Assembly (NCBI GenBank): GCA_965243025.1
Contig: CBDETY010000003.1
Coordinates: 4,160,001-4,224,000, forward strand
Length of the DNA: 64,000 nucleotides
From: Candidatus Latescibacterota bacterium
GTDB lineage: Bacteria > Latescibacterota > UBA2968 > UBA8231
Direction of reading: 5' to 3'
Below, one piece after another: positions 51,664-64,000 of the stretch (position 1 is its first letter; every line of letters starts with the position of its first letter). The notes under the pieces are model-generated. The model saw nothing but the letters and a program-made list of their open reading frames with translations. It did not search any database and was not told the DNA's origin. The translations under genes were made by a program, and so were the position numbers.

Positions 51664-52435
51664 GGGTTGCTCCTTTTCGCTTCAGGCGGTCGAGGAAGGG
51701 GCCGTACCCGTCCTCGCCCAACCAGTACCGCAGAGTGTTGCTCACACCGCGCGAGGTGATCGTCGCGCCTGAAAGCCCGTCGACCTGGTGGACGGCCCTG
51801 GGGCTGCTGGCGTCCACGAGGCCGCGGAGGACCTCGATGGCGATCCGCCCCTCCTCGTCGAAGGCCCGCTTGCCGTTCCACAGCGCCTTCCAGCGCGGGT
51901 TGTCGACCTCGCCGCCCAGGCCCGGCGTCTCCCCGTGTTCATAGTATACGAGACTGCGGATGGTATTGACGTCCTCGATGTCGAGGGCGAGGAAACCGTA
52001 GAGGGTCGACCACAGTCCCTTGCCGTGAACGGGAAGGATCACCTTGTCGATCTCCCCCTTCCTGTAGACGAGATACACGGCGGCGAGCCTGGCGCGGCGC
52101 TTGATGCCTGCCGGGTCGCGTCCCGCCGGGATGGCGACGCTTTTGTCGGGATCCCGGGCGGCGGCGCGCTGATCGTACTGGTCCGGGTCGATGTCGACGT
52201 ACTCGCCGCTGGCCAGGTCGACCACCTTCTCCTCGATGCTCTCGAACAGCTCGTCGATCGGTCTGCTCTCGTCGAAGAGGCCGGCCGCCGTCAGGATGTT
52301 CCGCTTCTTGTCGAGCAGCTTGTTGATCCCCTGGGTGGGGCGCAGCTTCACCGCGGCGGTGGAAACGAGGAGTGAGCAGACCACGCACAGGGCGGCGGCG
52401 ACGAAGAAGGTCTTGCCGATGGTCTCTTTTGGCAT
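51656..52435 (-). CDS. nqrC: Na+-NQR subunit C
   Basis: [17 protein letters not shown] site [11 protein letters not shown]. Confidence 0.96.
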   Translation of the reverse strand: MPKETIGKTFFVAAALCVVCSLLVSTAAVKLRPTQGINKLLDKKRNILTAAGLFDESRPIDELFESIEEKVVDLASGEYVDIDPDQYDQRAAARDPDKSVAIPAGRDPAGIKRRARLAAVYLVYRKGEIDKVILPVHGKGLWSTLYGFLALDIEDVNTIRSLVYYEHGETPGLGGEVDNPRWKALWNGKRAFDEEGRIAIEVLRGLVDASSPRAVHQVDGLSGATITSRGVSNTLRYWLGEDGYGPFLDRLKRKGATHG

Positions 52436-52456
52436 GGGCTCCGCTCGCCTCCCCCG

Positions 52457-53664
<1,208 letters not shown>

Positions 53665-53750
53665 CTGCGGCGGTCGATCATTTCGGGTTGCGGCCAACTA
53701 CCGGGGCTCCGGCTCGCTGTCAACGGCACGGAAGTCCCGGAGATGCTTCA

Positions 53751-55103
53751 TCAGCCTTCCTTCTCGATTATTTCCAGGTTGTGCCGGAGCAGAGGGCCGT
53801 ACTCGGTTTTGCCGGGGCAGACGAACGTGCACAGCCCGAGATCCTCTTCATCGAGCTCGAGGCAGCCGAGCTGCTGCGCCTGTTCGGTATCGGCGACGAT
53901 CAGGGAACGGAGCAGAAAGGTCGGCAGAATGTCGAGGGGCATGACTCCCTCGTAGGAGCCGACCGGCACCATGGCGCGGATGCTTCCCTCCGTCGACGTG
54001 GTGAAATCGAACTTCCTCGCCGGGGTCAGGCGCGAGGCGAACACGTTCTTGACCGAAAACTTGTCGAATCCCGGTTTCTGCCACCCGAGAAAAACCCGCT
54101 CCCTGCCTTCGCGAAGCGCCGAGACCTGCTGGTGATAGCAGCCGAGGTAGTCCAGGGGGCCGGCGGCGGTGCGGCCGGACAGAACCGATCCCGAAACAAG
54201 GCGGTTGTCGTTCTCCTCGAGCTCCCCGGCGGCCAGCTCGCTGATGCAGGCCCCACGCCTGGTGCGCAGCAGCCGCGGCCGTTTCACCACCGGTCCACCG
54301 AGAGCGACCACGCGCTGAGGCGACAGCCTGCCGGTGGCGAACAGGCGGCCGATTTCCGCCACGTCCTGATAATTGATCCAGAATACAGTCCTGGTCGCCG
54401 ACACCGGATCGAGAAAGTGGATGTGGGTACCTGCCAGTCCCGCCGGGTGCGGACCGGCGAACTCGGCGACGGTGGCGACCCCGCTCCCCTCGGGCACCGC
54501 CGAACCGGGCGCCTTGCACAAAAACAGCTCGCCGTCAGTGACCCTGGCGAGCAGGTCGAGGCCGCGGGAGAATTCCTCCTCCTGACCCTCGAGGACTGCC
54601 GCGGGGTCGGCGGCCAGGGGGTTGGTGTCGATGGCGGTTACGAAGATCGAACGGGGAACCGTATCGGGAGGGGGAACGCGGCTGTAGGGTCGGGTGCGAA
54701 ACGCCGTCCACAAACCCGAAGCGAGGAGCTTTTCGACCACCTGCTCGCGGGAGGAGACCGCCGCTGCGGCGCCGAAATCCACGGCATCGGCGAAGCCGTC
54801 CCCTTCGAGGTCGATGACGACCGACAGCAGGGCGCGTTTGGCTCCCCTGTTTACGGCGGAAACGGTGCCGGTTCCCGGGGAGGTGAAGCGGACGCCCGGC
54901 CTCTTCTTGTCTTCGAAGAGCAGTTGCCCGAGCGCCACGCGGTCCCCTTCCCGGACGGCCATGGTCGGCCGCAGACCGATGAAGTCGGGACCGACCGCCG
55001 CCACCCGGGAAACGGGACGGGCCTCTTCGACTACCTGAACGCAGTCGCCTGTTATTGGAAGGTCGAGGCCTTTCCTGATCGCAAATGACCGCCGCTCGCC
55101 CAT
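53751..55103 (-). CDS. nqrA: Na+-NQR subunit A
   Basis: [38 protein letters not shown]. Confidence 0.96.
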   Translation of the reverse strand: MGERRSFAIRKGLDLPITGDCVQVVEEARPVSRVAAVGPDFIGLRPTMAVREGDRVALGQLLFEDKKRPGVRFTSPGTGTVSAVNRGAKRALLSVVIDLEGDGFADAVDFGAAAAVSSREQVVEKLLASGLWTAFRTRPYSRVPPPDTVPRSIFVTAIDTNPLAADPAAVLEGQEEEFSRGLDLLARVTDGELFLCKAPGSAVPEGSGVATVAEFAGPHPAGLAGTHIHFLDPVSATRTVFWINYQDVAEIGRLFATGRLSPQRVVALGGPVVKRPRLLRTRRGACISELAAGELEENDNRLVSGSVLSGRTAAGPLDYLGCYHQQVSALREGRERVFLGWQKPGFDKFSVKNVFASRLTPARKFDFTTSTEGSIRAMVPVGSYEGVMPLDILPTFLLRSLIVADTEQAQQLGCLELDEEDLGLCTFVCPGKTEYGPLLRHNLEIIEKEG

Positions 55104-55169
55104 TGTCCCGTGAGCTGTTTCCGGTGGAATCTCCGATGATTCTGCAGCAGAAATCGAATCAAGCCTTAC

Positions 55170-55198
55170 AGGCTAAGGCGGCATCGACAGACTGTCAA
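55170..55198 (-). promoter_or_regulatory. Sigma-70-like promoter of nqr operon
   Basis: Minus strand TTGACA-17 nt-TAGCCT; inverted repeat GCCTTA-N5-TAAGGC (55163-55179) overlaps the -10. Confidence 0.5.
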
Positions 55199-55549
55199 GC
55201 GCGATGGTCCGGGGTTCCGTGGGCCCATGTTCGGCGGCGAACAGGAGCCCCCGAGCCGGTGTATATTCTCGCATATGTCCGGCCAGAAAAAACGCGTCCC
55301 CATGGCTTTGATCGATCCGCGCAGGGATTCGGCAGCTCTGTGCCCGTTCGCTGCCCCCCCGGGGACCTCCGCGCCCACCGGTTCTCCCAACCCTCGCTCC
55401 CAACCCCGGCGATCCGGGCAGGACAGCGATTCGTTCGGAAACCGTTTTTCCGGCAAATCGCTGGAGGCTGCAGGCGGAACCGGGCGGTCACCCGTCTTCC
55501 ACGCTCCCGCATCCGGGTTCCCGGCAGGGAAACGGAAGGCATTGAGACG

Positions 55550-56785
55550 ATGAGCCGGCGGATCGCCGTCACCGGCCTTGGGGCGGTGACGCCTCTCGGC
55601 TCCGGCGTGGACCGTTTCTGGAACCGCCTCTGCGCCGGCCAGTCGGGCGTCGGTCCGATCACCCTTTTCGACGCCAGCGCCTTCCCGGTGCGCATCGCCG
55701 GGGAGGTAACCGGGTTCGCGCTGCCTGCCGAAATCGACCGCAAGCGGGCCCGCCGCCTCGACAGGTACGCCCTCTTCGGGGTCGCAGCGGCGTTGCAGGC
55801 ATGGCGCGACGCCGGAATCGAAGATCGCGACCCGTATCAGTCCGGAATCGTTCTCGGCTCCAGCCACGGCGGCGAGAACACCGCCCTCCAGGCGGCGGCC
55901 GCCCTCGGCCCGAACCCGTTCCCGAAAGCCGCGAGTCCCTTGCTGATCCCGCGCATGCTCAACAACATGGCGGCGGCCCAGGCGGCGATGCTGCTCGACC
56001 TTCGCGGCCCTGGCTTCTCCCTGTCCTCGGCGTGCGCCACCGGCGGCCACGCCATCGGCGAGGCATCCGAAATTATCCGCAGGGGGGATGCAGAGGTGAT
56101 GATCGCCGGGGCCGCCGAGGCCTGCATAACGCCCCTGACCCTTGCCGGCGACCACGCCCTCGGGGCGCTGTCGCGGCGCAACGCCGAGCCGCAGCGGGCC
56201 TGCCGCCCCTTCGACCGGGACCGGGACGGATTCGTGCTCGCCGAGGGCGCGGCAGTCCTCGTCCTCGAAGAGCGGGAGCATGCCAGAAAACGGGGAGGCC
56301 GCGTCTACGCCGAGCTCTCCGGGTACGGGGCAACCACGGACGGAATACACGAAACCCGCCCGGAACCGAACGGCGCCGCCGCCGCCCGGGCCATCGCCCG
56401 GGCCCTGGAGAAGTCGGGCACCGAACCGGGCGAGGTCAGCGCCGTCTTCGCCCACGCCGCCGGCACCCCGTCAGGGGACCCCGCAGAGGTTCGCGCCCTG
56501 GGCGCTTCTCTCGGGGAAACGCTCACGACCATTCCGGTGACGGCGATCAAGTCGATGACGGGCCACATGTTCGCCGCCTCGGGGGCGGCCCAGGCGGTCG
56601 CCGCGGTAAAGGCGATCGAGTCGGGATCCCTCCCCCCTACCATAAACTGCGAGCACATCGTCGGGATGGAGATCGCCTGCGTGCGGGGCGAGATGCTCCG
56701 AAGGCCGCTCACGCGGGTGCTTTCGAATTCGTTCGGCTTTGGCGGCCACAACTCCGTCCTCCTCTTTGCGGCCCCCATGCCCTGA
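55550..56785 (+). CDS. Beta-ketoacyl-ACP synthase II (FabF)-like paralog heading the biotin operon
   Basis: MSRRIAVTGLG, SACATG (Cys), RPFD.DRDGFV, FAHAAGT (His), KSMTGH (His), SNSFGFGGHN. Confidence 0.9.
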   Translation: MSRRIAVTGLGAVTPLGSGVDRFWNRLCAGQSGVGPITLFDASAFPVRIAGEVTGFALPAEIDRKRARRLDRYALFGVAAALQAWRDAGIEDRDPYQSGIVLGSSHGGENTALQAAAALGPNPFPKAASPLLIPRMLNNMAAAQAAMLLDLRGPGFSLSSACATGGHAIGEASEIIRRGDAEVMIAGAAEACITPLTLAGDHALGALSRRNAEPQRACRPFDRDRDGFVLAEGAAVLVLEEREHARKRGGRVYAELSGYGATTDGIHETRPEPNGAAAARAIARALEKSGTEPGEVSAVFAHAAGTPSGDPAEVRALGASLGETLTTIPVTAIKSMTGHMFAASGAAQAVAAVKAIESGSLPPTINCEHIVGMEIACVRGEMLRRPLTRVLSNSFGFGGHNSVLLFAAPMP

Positions 56786-56854
56786 CCCTTTCAGTGGCTG
56801 CGGAAACCCCGCAGGGGAAACACCTGCCGGACTTAGCCTACAGGACCCATATAG

Positions 56855-57843
56855 ATGAATGAGATTTCCACCGTTCCCTGCTTCGCGGCTATCGCCGACA
56901 AGGCGATCGCCGGTGACCCCCTCACGCGCGACGAGTGCGCCGAGGTTCTCGCCGCTCCGGACGGCGAGGTGCCTGGCCTGCTCGCCGAGACCTGGCGGGT
57001 GCGCCGCCGCTTCTGTGGCGACAAGGTGCACCTGCATGTCCTGATGAACGCCAAAAGCGGTCTCTGTCCCGAGGACTGCGGCTACTGCTCGCAATCGCGC
57101 GTTTCGGAAGCGGCGATCGAGAAGTACCCCATGGTCAGCCCGGAGCGGCTGCTCGAAGAGGCGCGCGCCGCCAGGCGCTCGCGCGCCAGGCGTTTCTGCA
57201 TCGTCACCAGCGGACGGGGGGCATCGTGGCGCGAGGTTGAATACCTCGCCGGCGCCGTACGCACCATCCGCGAGGAGGTCGACATCGGTATATGCGCCTG
57301 CGTCGGACTGCTCGACGAAGAGAAGGCAAGGGCGCTGAAGGAAGCCGGGGTCGACCAGCTGAACCACAACCTCAACACCAGCGAACGGTTCACTCCCAGC
57401 ATCGTCACCACCCACCGCTACAGCGACCGCGTCAGGACGCTGCAGGCGGCGCGGAAAGCAGGCCTCAACCTTTGCAGCGGCGCGATCTTCGGTATGGGTG
57501 AAACCGACGGGGACGTGATCGACGTCCTCATGGCGCTGCGCGGCCTCGACCCGCAGTCGATACCTGTAAACTTCCTCCATCCCATCGACGGCACCCCCCT
57601 CGAGGAGACCTGGAGGCTGACTCCCCTCCATTGCCTGCGGATCCTCTGCCTGGCGCGGCTGCTGCACCCGCACCGGGAGATCCGCGTCGCCGGCGGACGC
57701 GAGCTGCATCTGCGTTCGCTGCAACCGCTCGCGCTCTACGCGGCGAACTCGATCTTCGTCGAGGGCTATCTCACCACCCCCGGCCAGGGCACGAGGGAGG
57801 CGCTGCAGATGATCGAGGACATGGGATTCGAGGTCGAAGAGGC

Positions 57844-57847
<4 letters not shown>
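56855..57847 (+). CDS. bioB: Biotin synthase
   Basis: NAKSGLCPEDCGYCSQS, NHNLNT, CSGAIFGMGE, PVNFL, RVAGGRE. Confidence 0.97.
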
Positions 57848-59196
<1,349 letters not shown>

Positions 59197-60326
59197 CTTC
59201 CTGCGCTCGGAGCGCGGCCGTCTCGAGCGGCTCGGCCTGCGCCGGTCGGTTGTGACCCCCGAGAGGCGTGACGGGGTCCGGGCCTGGCTAGAAGGCCGCG
59301 AATACGTCCTCTTCACATCGAACGACTACCTCGGGCTCGCCGCGCACCCCGAGGTGATCGCAGCCGCCGGCGAGGCCGCCCGCCGGTTCGGGACGGGTGC
59401 GGGGTCTGCCAGGCTGCTGCACGGGTCCACACCCCTGCACGAGGATCTGCAGGAACGGCTGGCGCGGCTTACAGGCAAGCAGTCCTCCCTGCTGTTCAGC
59501 TCGGGATACATGGCCAACCTCGGGCTGCTCTCCGCCCTGGCCGGAAACGGGGACGCGATCTTCTACGACGAGCGCGCCCACGCCTCGATCATCGACGGGG
59601 CGAGGTTGTCGCGCGCCACCGCTCTCCCCTACCGGCACAACGACGCCGGCGGGCTCGACGATCTGCTGCGTAAGACCCACGCCCGCCGACGCATGGTGGT
59701 CACCGAGAGCGTCTTCAGCATGGACGGGGACCTGGCGCCCCTCGAGGCCCTGGGGGAAACGGCTTCCCGCCACGATGCCCTGCTGGTCGTCGACGAGGCG
59801 CACGCCATCGGGGTCTTCGGAGAGGGCGGCGGCCTCCTGGGACGCTTGGGCCCCGACGCCCCGGCCGTCGTCACAGGCACGCTTTCGAAGGGGCTCGGCT
59901 CGGTCGGCGGTTTCGTCGCCGGGGATCCGGCCCTGATCGAGTTCCTCATCGACCGCTCCCGCACCTTCATCTTCGATACCGCCCTGCCGCCGTCGGCGGT
60001 TGCCGCCGCGGCCGCCGCCCTCGACGTCGCGCGGAACGAGCCCTGGCGCCGGAAGCGGGTCCTCGACCTCGGCGAAACCCTGCGCTCCAGCTTGAGCCGC
60101 CTCGGCTACCCTCCTTCCCGCTCCGACTCGCAGATCGTGCCGGTGCTCCTCGGCAGGCCTGCCGCCGCGGTCGCCGCGGAGGAGGATCTCAAGGCGCACG
60201 GAATCCTGGCGCGGGCTGTGCGGCCCCCGGCGGTGCCCCGCGGAACGTCGCGGATCCGCTTCGGAGTAACCGCGGCTCACGAGGAGGAGCACCTGCGGCA
60301 GGTCGCCGCGGCGATGGAGTCCTTCC

Positions 60327-61028
60327 GTGGGTAGGATCGTTCTCGTGACCGGGACCGACACCGGCGTCGGCAAAACGGTCGTTTCCGCATGGCTGGCGTG
60401 GAAAGCGTCGCGGGCGGGCAAGGTTGCCCTGATCAAGGCGGTCCAGACCGGAGCCGATCCCGAGGTCGGCGGGGACGAGGCGTTCTACCGCGCCGCCCTC
60501 CGCGGCATCGACGTTTCCCTGGGAACGCTGGCATCCTTCCCCGAACCGATGGCGCCGCTGATCGCCGCGCGCCGGGCTGGACGCCCGCTCGATTTCGAGG
60601 CCCTCACGCGGCAGTGCGAGTCCGTGGCCGCGGCTCACGACCTCACCCTGGTGGAGGGCTCGGGTGGGATGCTGGTACCGATAGACGAGAAACGGGATTT
60701 CGCCGACCTCGCCCTGCGCCTCGACGCCGCCCTGGCGGTCGTTGTCCGTCCCGGTCTCGGGACGCTGAATCACACCGCCCTCACCCTCGAGGCGGCAGAG
60801 CGGCGGGGGCTCGAGGTTCCCCTGCTGATCTGCAGCGGAGCCTCTCGGGAACCGGACGCGGTCGAGCGCGAGAACCTGCGTTTCTTCGCGGCGATGCGGG
60901 AGGCGCGCCAGCCGCGCACCCCGATGGCGTTGCTGGTGATCGAGCGCGCCCTCGAGGCCGACGCGGCCAGGCCTGAACGGCTCGCCGTCAGGACCGAGGG
61001 GCCGTTGCCCGGGTGGCTGTCCGGCTGA
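60327..61028 (+). CDS. bioD: Dethiobiotin synthase
   Basis: GTDTGVGKT, KAVQTG, VEGSGG, LGTLNH. Confidence 0.95.
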   Translation: MGRIVLVTGTDTGVGKTVVSAWLAWKASRAGKVALIKAVQTGADPEVGGDEAFYRAALRGIDVSLGTLASFPEPMAPLIAARRAGRPLDFEALTRQCESVAAAHDLTLVEGSGGMLVPIDEKRDFADLALRLDAALAVVVRPGLGTLNHTALTLEAAERRGLEVPLLICSGASREPDAVERENLRFFAAMREARQPRTPMALLVIERALEADAARPERLAVRTEGPLPGWLSG

Positions 61029-61051
61029 CGCCGGACTCTACCGGTCCGGCC

Positions 61052-61081
61052 TTGATCGCCCGCAGGACTGCCGCCTATACT
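61052..61081 (+). promoter_or_regulatory. Sigma-70-like promoter for amino acid symporter
   Basis: TTGATC-18 nt-TATACT, then GGAGG RBS before ATG 61133. Confidence 0.45.
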
Positions 61082-61132
61082 GGAACTGTTGCAAGATCCC
61101 TTTCCCCCCAACCGACCCACGAGGAGGAGTCC

Positions 61133-62653
61133 ATGGGCAGAGCCATGAAAGCCCTCTTCCTGCTCACCACAATGGCGGCGCCGGCCCTGGCTGAGGACGA
61201 AGCCGGTGCAAGCGGGCTCCAGCATCACCTGAGCCGCCTGGACGGGCTTTTCGGCGACACCGTCAACCTGCTTGCGACCTTCCTCTTCGCCGAATTCGGC
61301 ACGGGAGTTCCCCTGATCGTCGGCGTCCTCGTGGCCGGCGGCGTCTACTACAGCTTCTACTTCGGGTGGCTTTCGATCCGAGGCTTCCGGCACTCCATCG
61401 ACGTAATCCGCGGCCGCTACGACAACCCTGACGACCCGGGGGAAATTTCCCACTTCCAGGCCCTTACCAGCGCCCTGTCGGCGACGATAGGTCTCGGCAA
61501 CATCGCCGGTGTGGCGATCGCGGTCAGCGTCGGCGGGCCCGGGGCGGTGTTCTGGATGCTCGTCACCGCCCTGGTGGGCATGTCCTCCAAGCTCGCCTCC
61601 TGCACCCTGGCGGTGATGTACCGCAACGTCCACCCCGACGGCCGCGTCTCCGGCGGGCCCATGTACTACCTCGAGAAGGGGCTGGCGACGATGGGCATGG
61701 CCGAGTTCGGCCGCACCCTGGCGGTGCTCTTCGCCTTCCTCACCATCGGCGGCTCCCTGGGCGGCGGCAACATGTTCCAGGCCAACCAGACCCTCGAGAT
61801 CCTCGGGACCGTGTCGCCGTGGTTCAAGAGCTACAACTGGGTCATGGGCCTGATCATGGCCGGCCTCGTGGCCCTGGTCATCATCGGCGGCATCCGCCGC
61901 ATCGGGCGGGTGACCTCGCGCATCGTCCCCGGCATGTGCCTGCTCTACGTCATCACCTCGGTCTTCATCATCGCGTGGAACATCCAGGCGGTGCCGGCCA
62001 CCATCGCCCGCATCGTCTCCGACGCCTTCACCGGACCGGCGATGTACGGCGGCTTCCTCGGGGTCCTCGTCATGGGCGTCCGGCGCGCCGCCTTCTCCAA
62101 CGAGGCCGGCCTCGGCTCGGCCGCCTTCGCCCATGCCGCGGCCAAGACCGACGAGCCCGCGCGGGAGGGCATGGTGGCCATGATCGGCCCCTTCATCGAC
62201 ACCATCGTCATCTGCCTGATGACGGCGCTGGTGTGCACCATCACCGGCGTCTTCGAACGCCCCGAATTCCAGACGGGCGGCAGCATCGTCGGCGTGCGCA
62301 TGACCGCGGCCGCCTTCGACTCCTTCATCCCCGGGGCCCGCTACGTGCTGGCCGTTGCCGTCATGCTCTTCGCCTACTCGACCATGATCTCCTGGTCCTA
62401 CTACGGCGAGCGCGCCTGGGAGTACCTCTTCGGCGAAGCCTCTGTCCTCATCTACCGGGTGATCTTCGTCTGCTTCGTCTTCCTCGGATCGGTGACCGCC
62501 CTCAGCAACGTCATCGACTTCTCGGACATGATGATCCTCGGCATGGCCTTCCCCAACATTCTCGGCGGAGTGCTGCTGAGCCCGCGGATCAAGGCCTGTC
62601 TCCAGGATTACTGGCAACGTCTGCAGGAGGGCCGGATGACCCGCTACAGGTAA
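61133..62653 (+). CDS. Alanine/glycine:cation symporter (AGCS family)
   Basis: FQALTSALSATIGLGNIAGVA, GGPGAVFWM, GGPMYY, FSNEAGLGS, PFIDTIVIC. Confidence 0.95.
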   Translation: MGRAMKALFLLTTMAAPALAEDEAGASGLQHHLSRLDGLFGDTVNLLATFLFAEFGTGVPLIVGVLVAGGVYYSFYFGWLSIRGFRHSIDVIRGRYDNPDDPGEISHFQALTSALSATIGLGNIAGVAIAVSVGGPGAVFWMLVTALVGMSSKLASCTLAVMYRNVHPDGRVSGGPMYYLEKGLATMGMAEFGRTLAVLFAFLTIGGSLGGGNMFQANQTLEILGTVSPWFKSYNWVMGLIMAGLVALVIIGGIRRIGRVTSRIVPGMCLLYVITSVFIIAWNIQAVPATIARIVSDAFTGPAMYGGFLGVLVMGVRRAAFSNEAGLGSAAFAHAAAKTDEPAREGMVAMIGPFIDTIVICLMTALVCTITGVFERPEFQTGGSIVGVRMTAAAFDSFIPGARYVLAVAVMLFAYSTMISWSYYGERAWEYLFGEASVLIYRVIFVCFVFLGSVTALSNVIDFSDMMILGMAFPNILGGVLLSPRIKACLQDYWQRLQEGRMTRYR

Positions 62654-62680
62654 TTCCCTGCCCCAGGAGAACGCGCCAGC

Positions 62681-64000
62681 TCAGTCGCGCAGACTGTCCC
62701 GGTCCTCGGCGAGGAACATCTCCTCGACTTCCAGGTCGGAAAAACCGAGCATCCAGTCCATCGGGGAGACGCGCTCGGAATGCTCCTTCAGCCGCAGGCG
62801 CCTGATGAAGGCGAGCCGGCTGATGCCGAAGGTCACCGTCGTCACCCGCCCCCCCTCGACGGCCACATCGATTTCCCGTTTCCGCCCGCCGTACTCGATC
62901 TCGACCCAGTGGCTGCCCGCCGGGATGTTGTGCAACAGGATCCCGTTGATCCCCCCGCGCAGCAGGGAGATGTTGTAGCGCCCCCCGAGCCGTATCGCCA
63001 GGCCCGCGTCCGCTACCGCCGCTCCCAGCGGTGACTGCAGAAGGGCGAGGGAGCCGTCGAGGTCGGCCATCCGGTCGAGACTCGCGGTCTCCTCGGCGGC
63101 AAGGCGGCTGACGACCTCGATCGGGGCCTCTTCCTGCGGGCCGACCCGCGGGCGCGTGATCTCCCAGGCCGGGCGCGCCCGCACCGGCGTGATCCCGTCC
63201 TCGCGGCTGAGGACGTACATCAGGAGGTTCATGCCAGCCTGAAGGAAAGGCCCGCTGTCGGCCGGCTCCTGCTCCTCCTCGAGTTCGTACATCCCCGCCC
63301 ACCTTTCCCCCAGGCCTATGTCGCTGAGGATGGCCACGAGACGGCCGTCCAGCTCAACGCCCCAGAGCCCCAGCTTGGGCAGCCCGGGAACGGCTTCCTC
63401 CGCGATTTCCGGGGACGAGTCTTCAGGCGGCGGCAGCTCATCGCCGCGCCCGGAGCCGGGGTAGTACCACGATCCCTCCGATACCTCGAGAAGGTTGTCC
63501 TTGCCCTCCTCTCCCGGGAAACCGGTATGGAAGTCGAAGAAGGAATGGTACAGATCGTGATCGACGCCGATCGAACCGATACCGCCGTCGTTTTTCAGGA
63601 CCGACTTCAGAGAGTCGGCCATTTCGGTAAGAAAGCGATAGCCGCCCTCGATATACAGCAGCCCTCCTCCACGCATGTATTCTGCGAGCAGCTCCTTCTC
63701 CTTGTCGTGGAAGCGGACCCGGTATTGGGAGGTCGTGACCGGCTTGCCTTCCCCCTCGAACAGGAAGTGAATCGGGTAGTCGAGGAGGTATTCCTGGTCG
63801 AAATAACCCTGCCAGTGCTGATCGACCTTGACGAGGATGTTCGTGCGGTCGCTGGTGTAGCGGGCCAGAGCGTCGAGAGGGAAGCCCCTGGACCCGGCCC
63901 CGCGCAGCTGGAGCCGCGCGATGATGAGGTACCCCCTGGCATCCCTGCGGCTGTGGAGGTCGGGAATGATCGCCGCCGGCTCCCGGCCCGCCCGGGCGAG
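62681..64000 (-). CDS. DUF4159-like protein; 5' end outside window
   Basis: Frame is open from 64000 through MRGGGLLYIE; LARYTSDRTNI, E.ELLAEYMRGGGLL, HDLYHSFFDF, LWGVELDGRL, FLQAGMNLLMY. Confidence 0.55.
   Translation of the reverse strand, partial: LARAGREPAAIIPDLHSRRDARGYLIIARLQLRGAGSRGFPLDALARYTSDRTNILVKVDQHWQGYFDQEYLLDYPIHFLFEGEGKPVTTSQYRVRFHDKEKELLAEYMRGGGLLYIEGGYRFLTEMADSLKSVLKNDGGIGSIGVDHDLYHSFFDFHTGFPGEEGKDNLLEVSEGSWYYPGSGRGDELPPPEDSSPEIAEEAVPGLPKLGLWGVELDGRLVAILSDIGLGERWAGMYELEEEQEPADSGPFLQAGMNLLMYVLSREDGITPVRARPAWEITRPRVGPQEEAPIEVVSRLAAEETASLDRMADLDGSLALLQSPLGAAVADAGLAIRLGGRYNISLLRGGINGILLHNIPAGSHWVEIEYGGRKREIDVAVEGGRVTTVTFGISRLAFIRRLRLKEHSERVSPMDWMLGFSDLEVEEMFLAEDRDSLRD

Noticed and set aside
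61029-61132. Glycine riboswitch upstream of the AGCS symporter
   Set aside because: No GGAGA...GAAG...CTCTCAGG motifs, and the leader is too short.
63607-63942. Apparent frameshift partner ORF for the last gene
   Set aside because: The 62681 frame is already open to position 64000, so this ORF is an alternative-frame shadow.

Overview
High-GC bacterial chromosomal segment, densely coding and mostly core or housekeeping. The gene mix (Chlorobi-like atpE, Na+-NQR, DUF4159-like protein, many sugar oxidoreductases) suggests an FCB-type lineage such as Latescibacterota or Gemmatimonadota, which is inference only. Contents in order: sugar oxidoreductase/epimerase cluster, ppk1, dapB-dapA, AICAR-transformylase-only purH, a PAS kinase plus sigma-54 response regulator, a large GHMP kinase coupled to fabI, birA, a ThDP decarboxylase alpha/beta pair, gatC-pyrG-lptC/A fusion-lptB-rpoN, smc, an orphan ECF sigma factor, polyprenyl synthase, a full F1Fo atp operon, nqrA-F plus nqrM, a fabF-like gene heading bioBAFD, an alanine/glycine symporter and a partial DUF4159-like gene. 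I found no rRNA, tRNA, CRISPR array or mobile element. atpH and nqrB are each broken by a single-base frameshift, probably an assembly error. Best candidate for a new system: a FabF (KAS II) paralog with polar or charged residues in its acyl tunnel, leading a biotin operon that has no recognised pimelate-supplying gene. Also notable: tandem NrdR-like boxes at the smc promoter, a sigma-54 promoter upstream of the orphan ECF sigma factor, and an opposite-strand sigma-54 site in front of rpoN.
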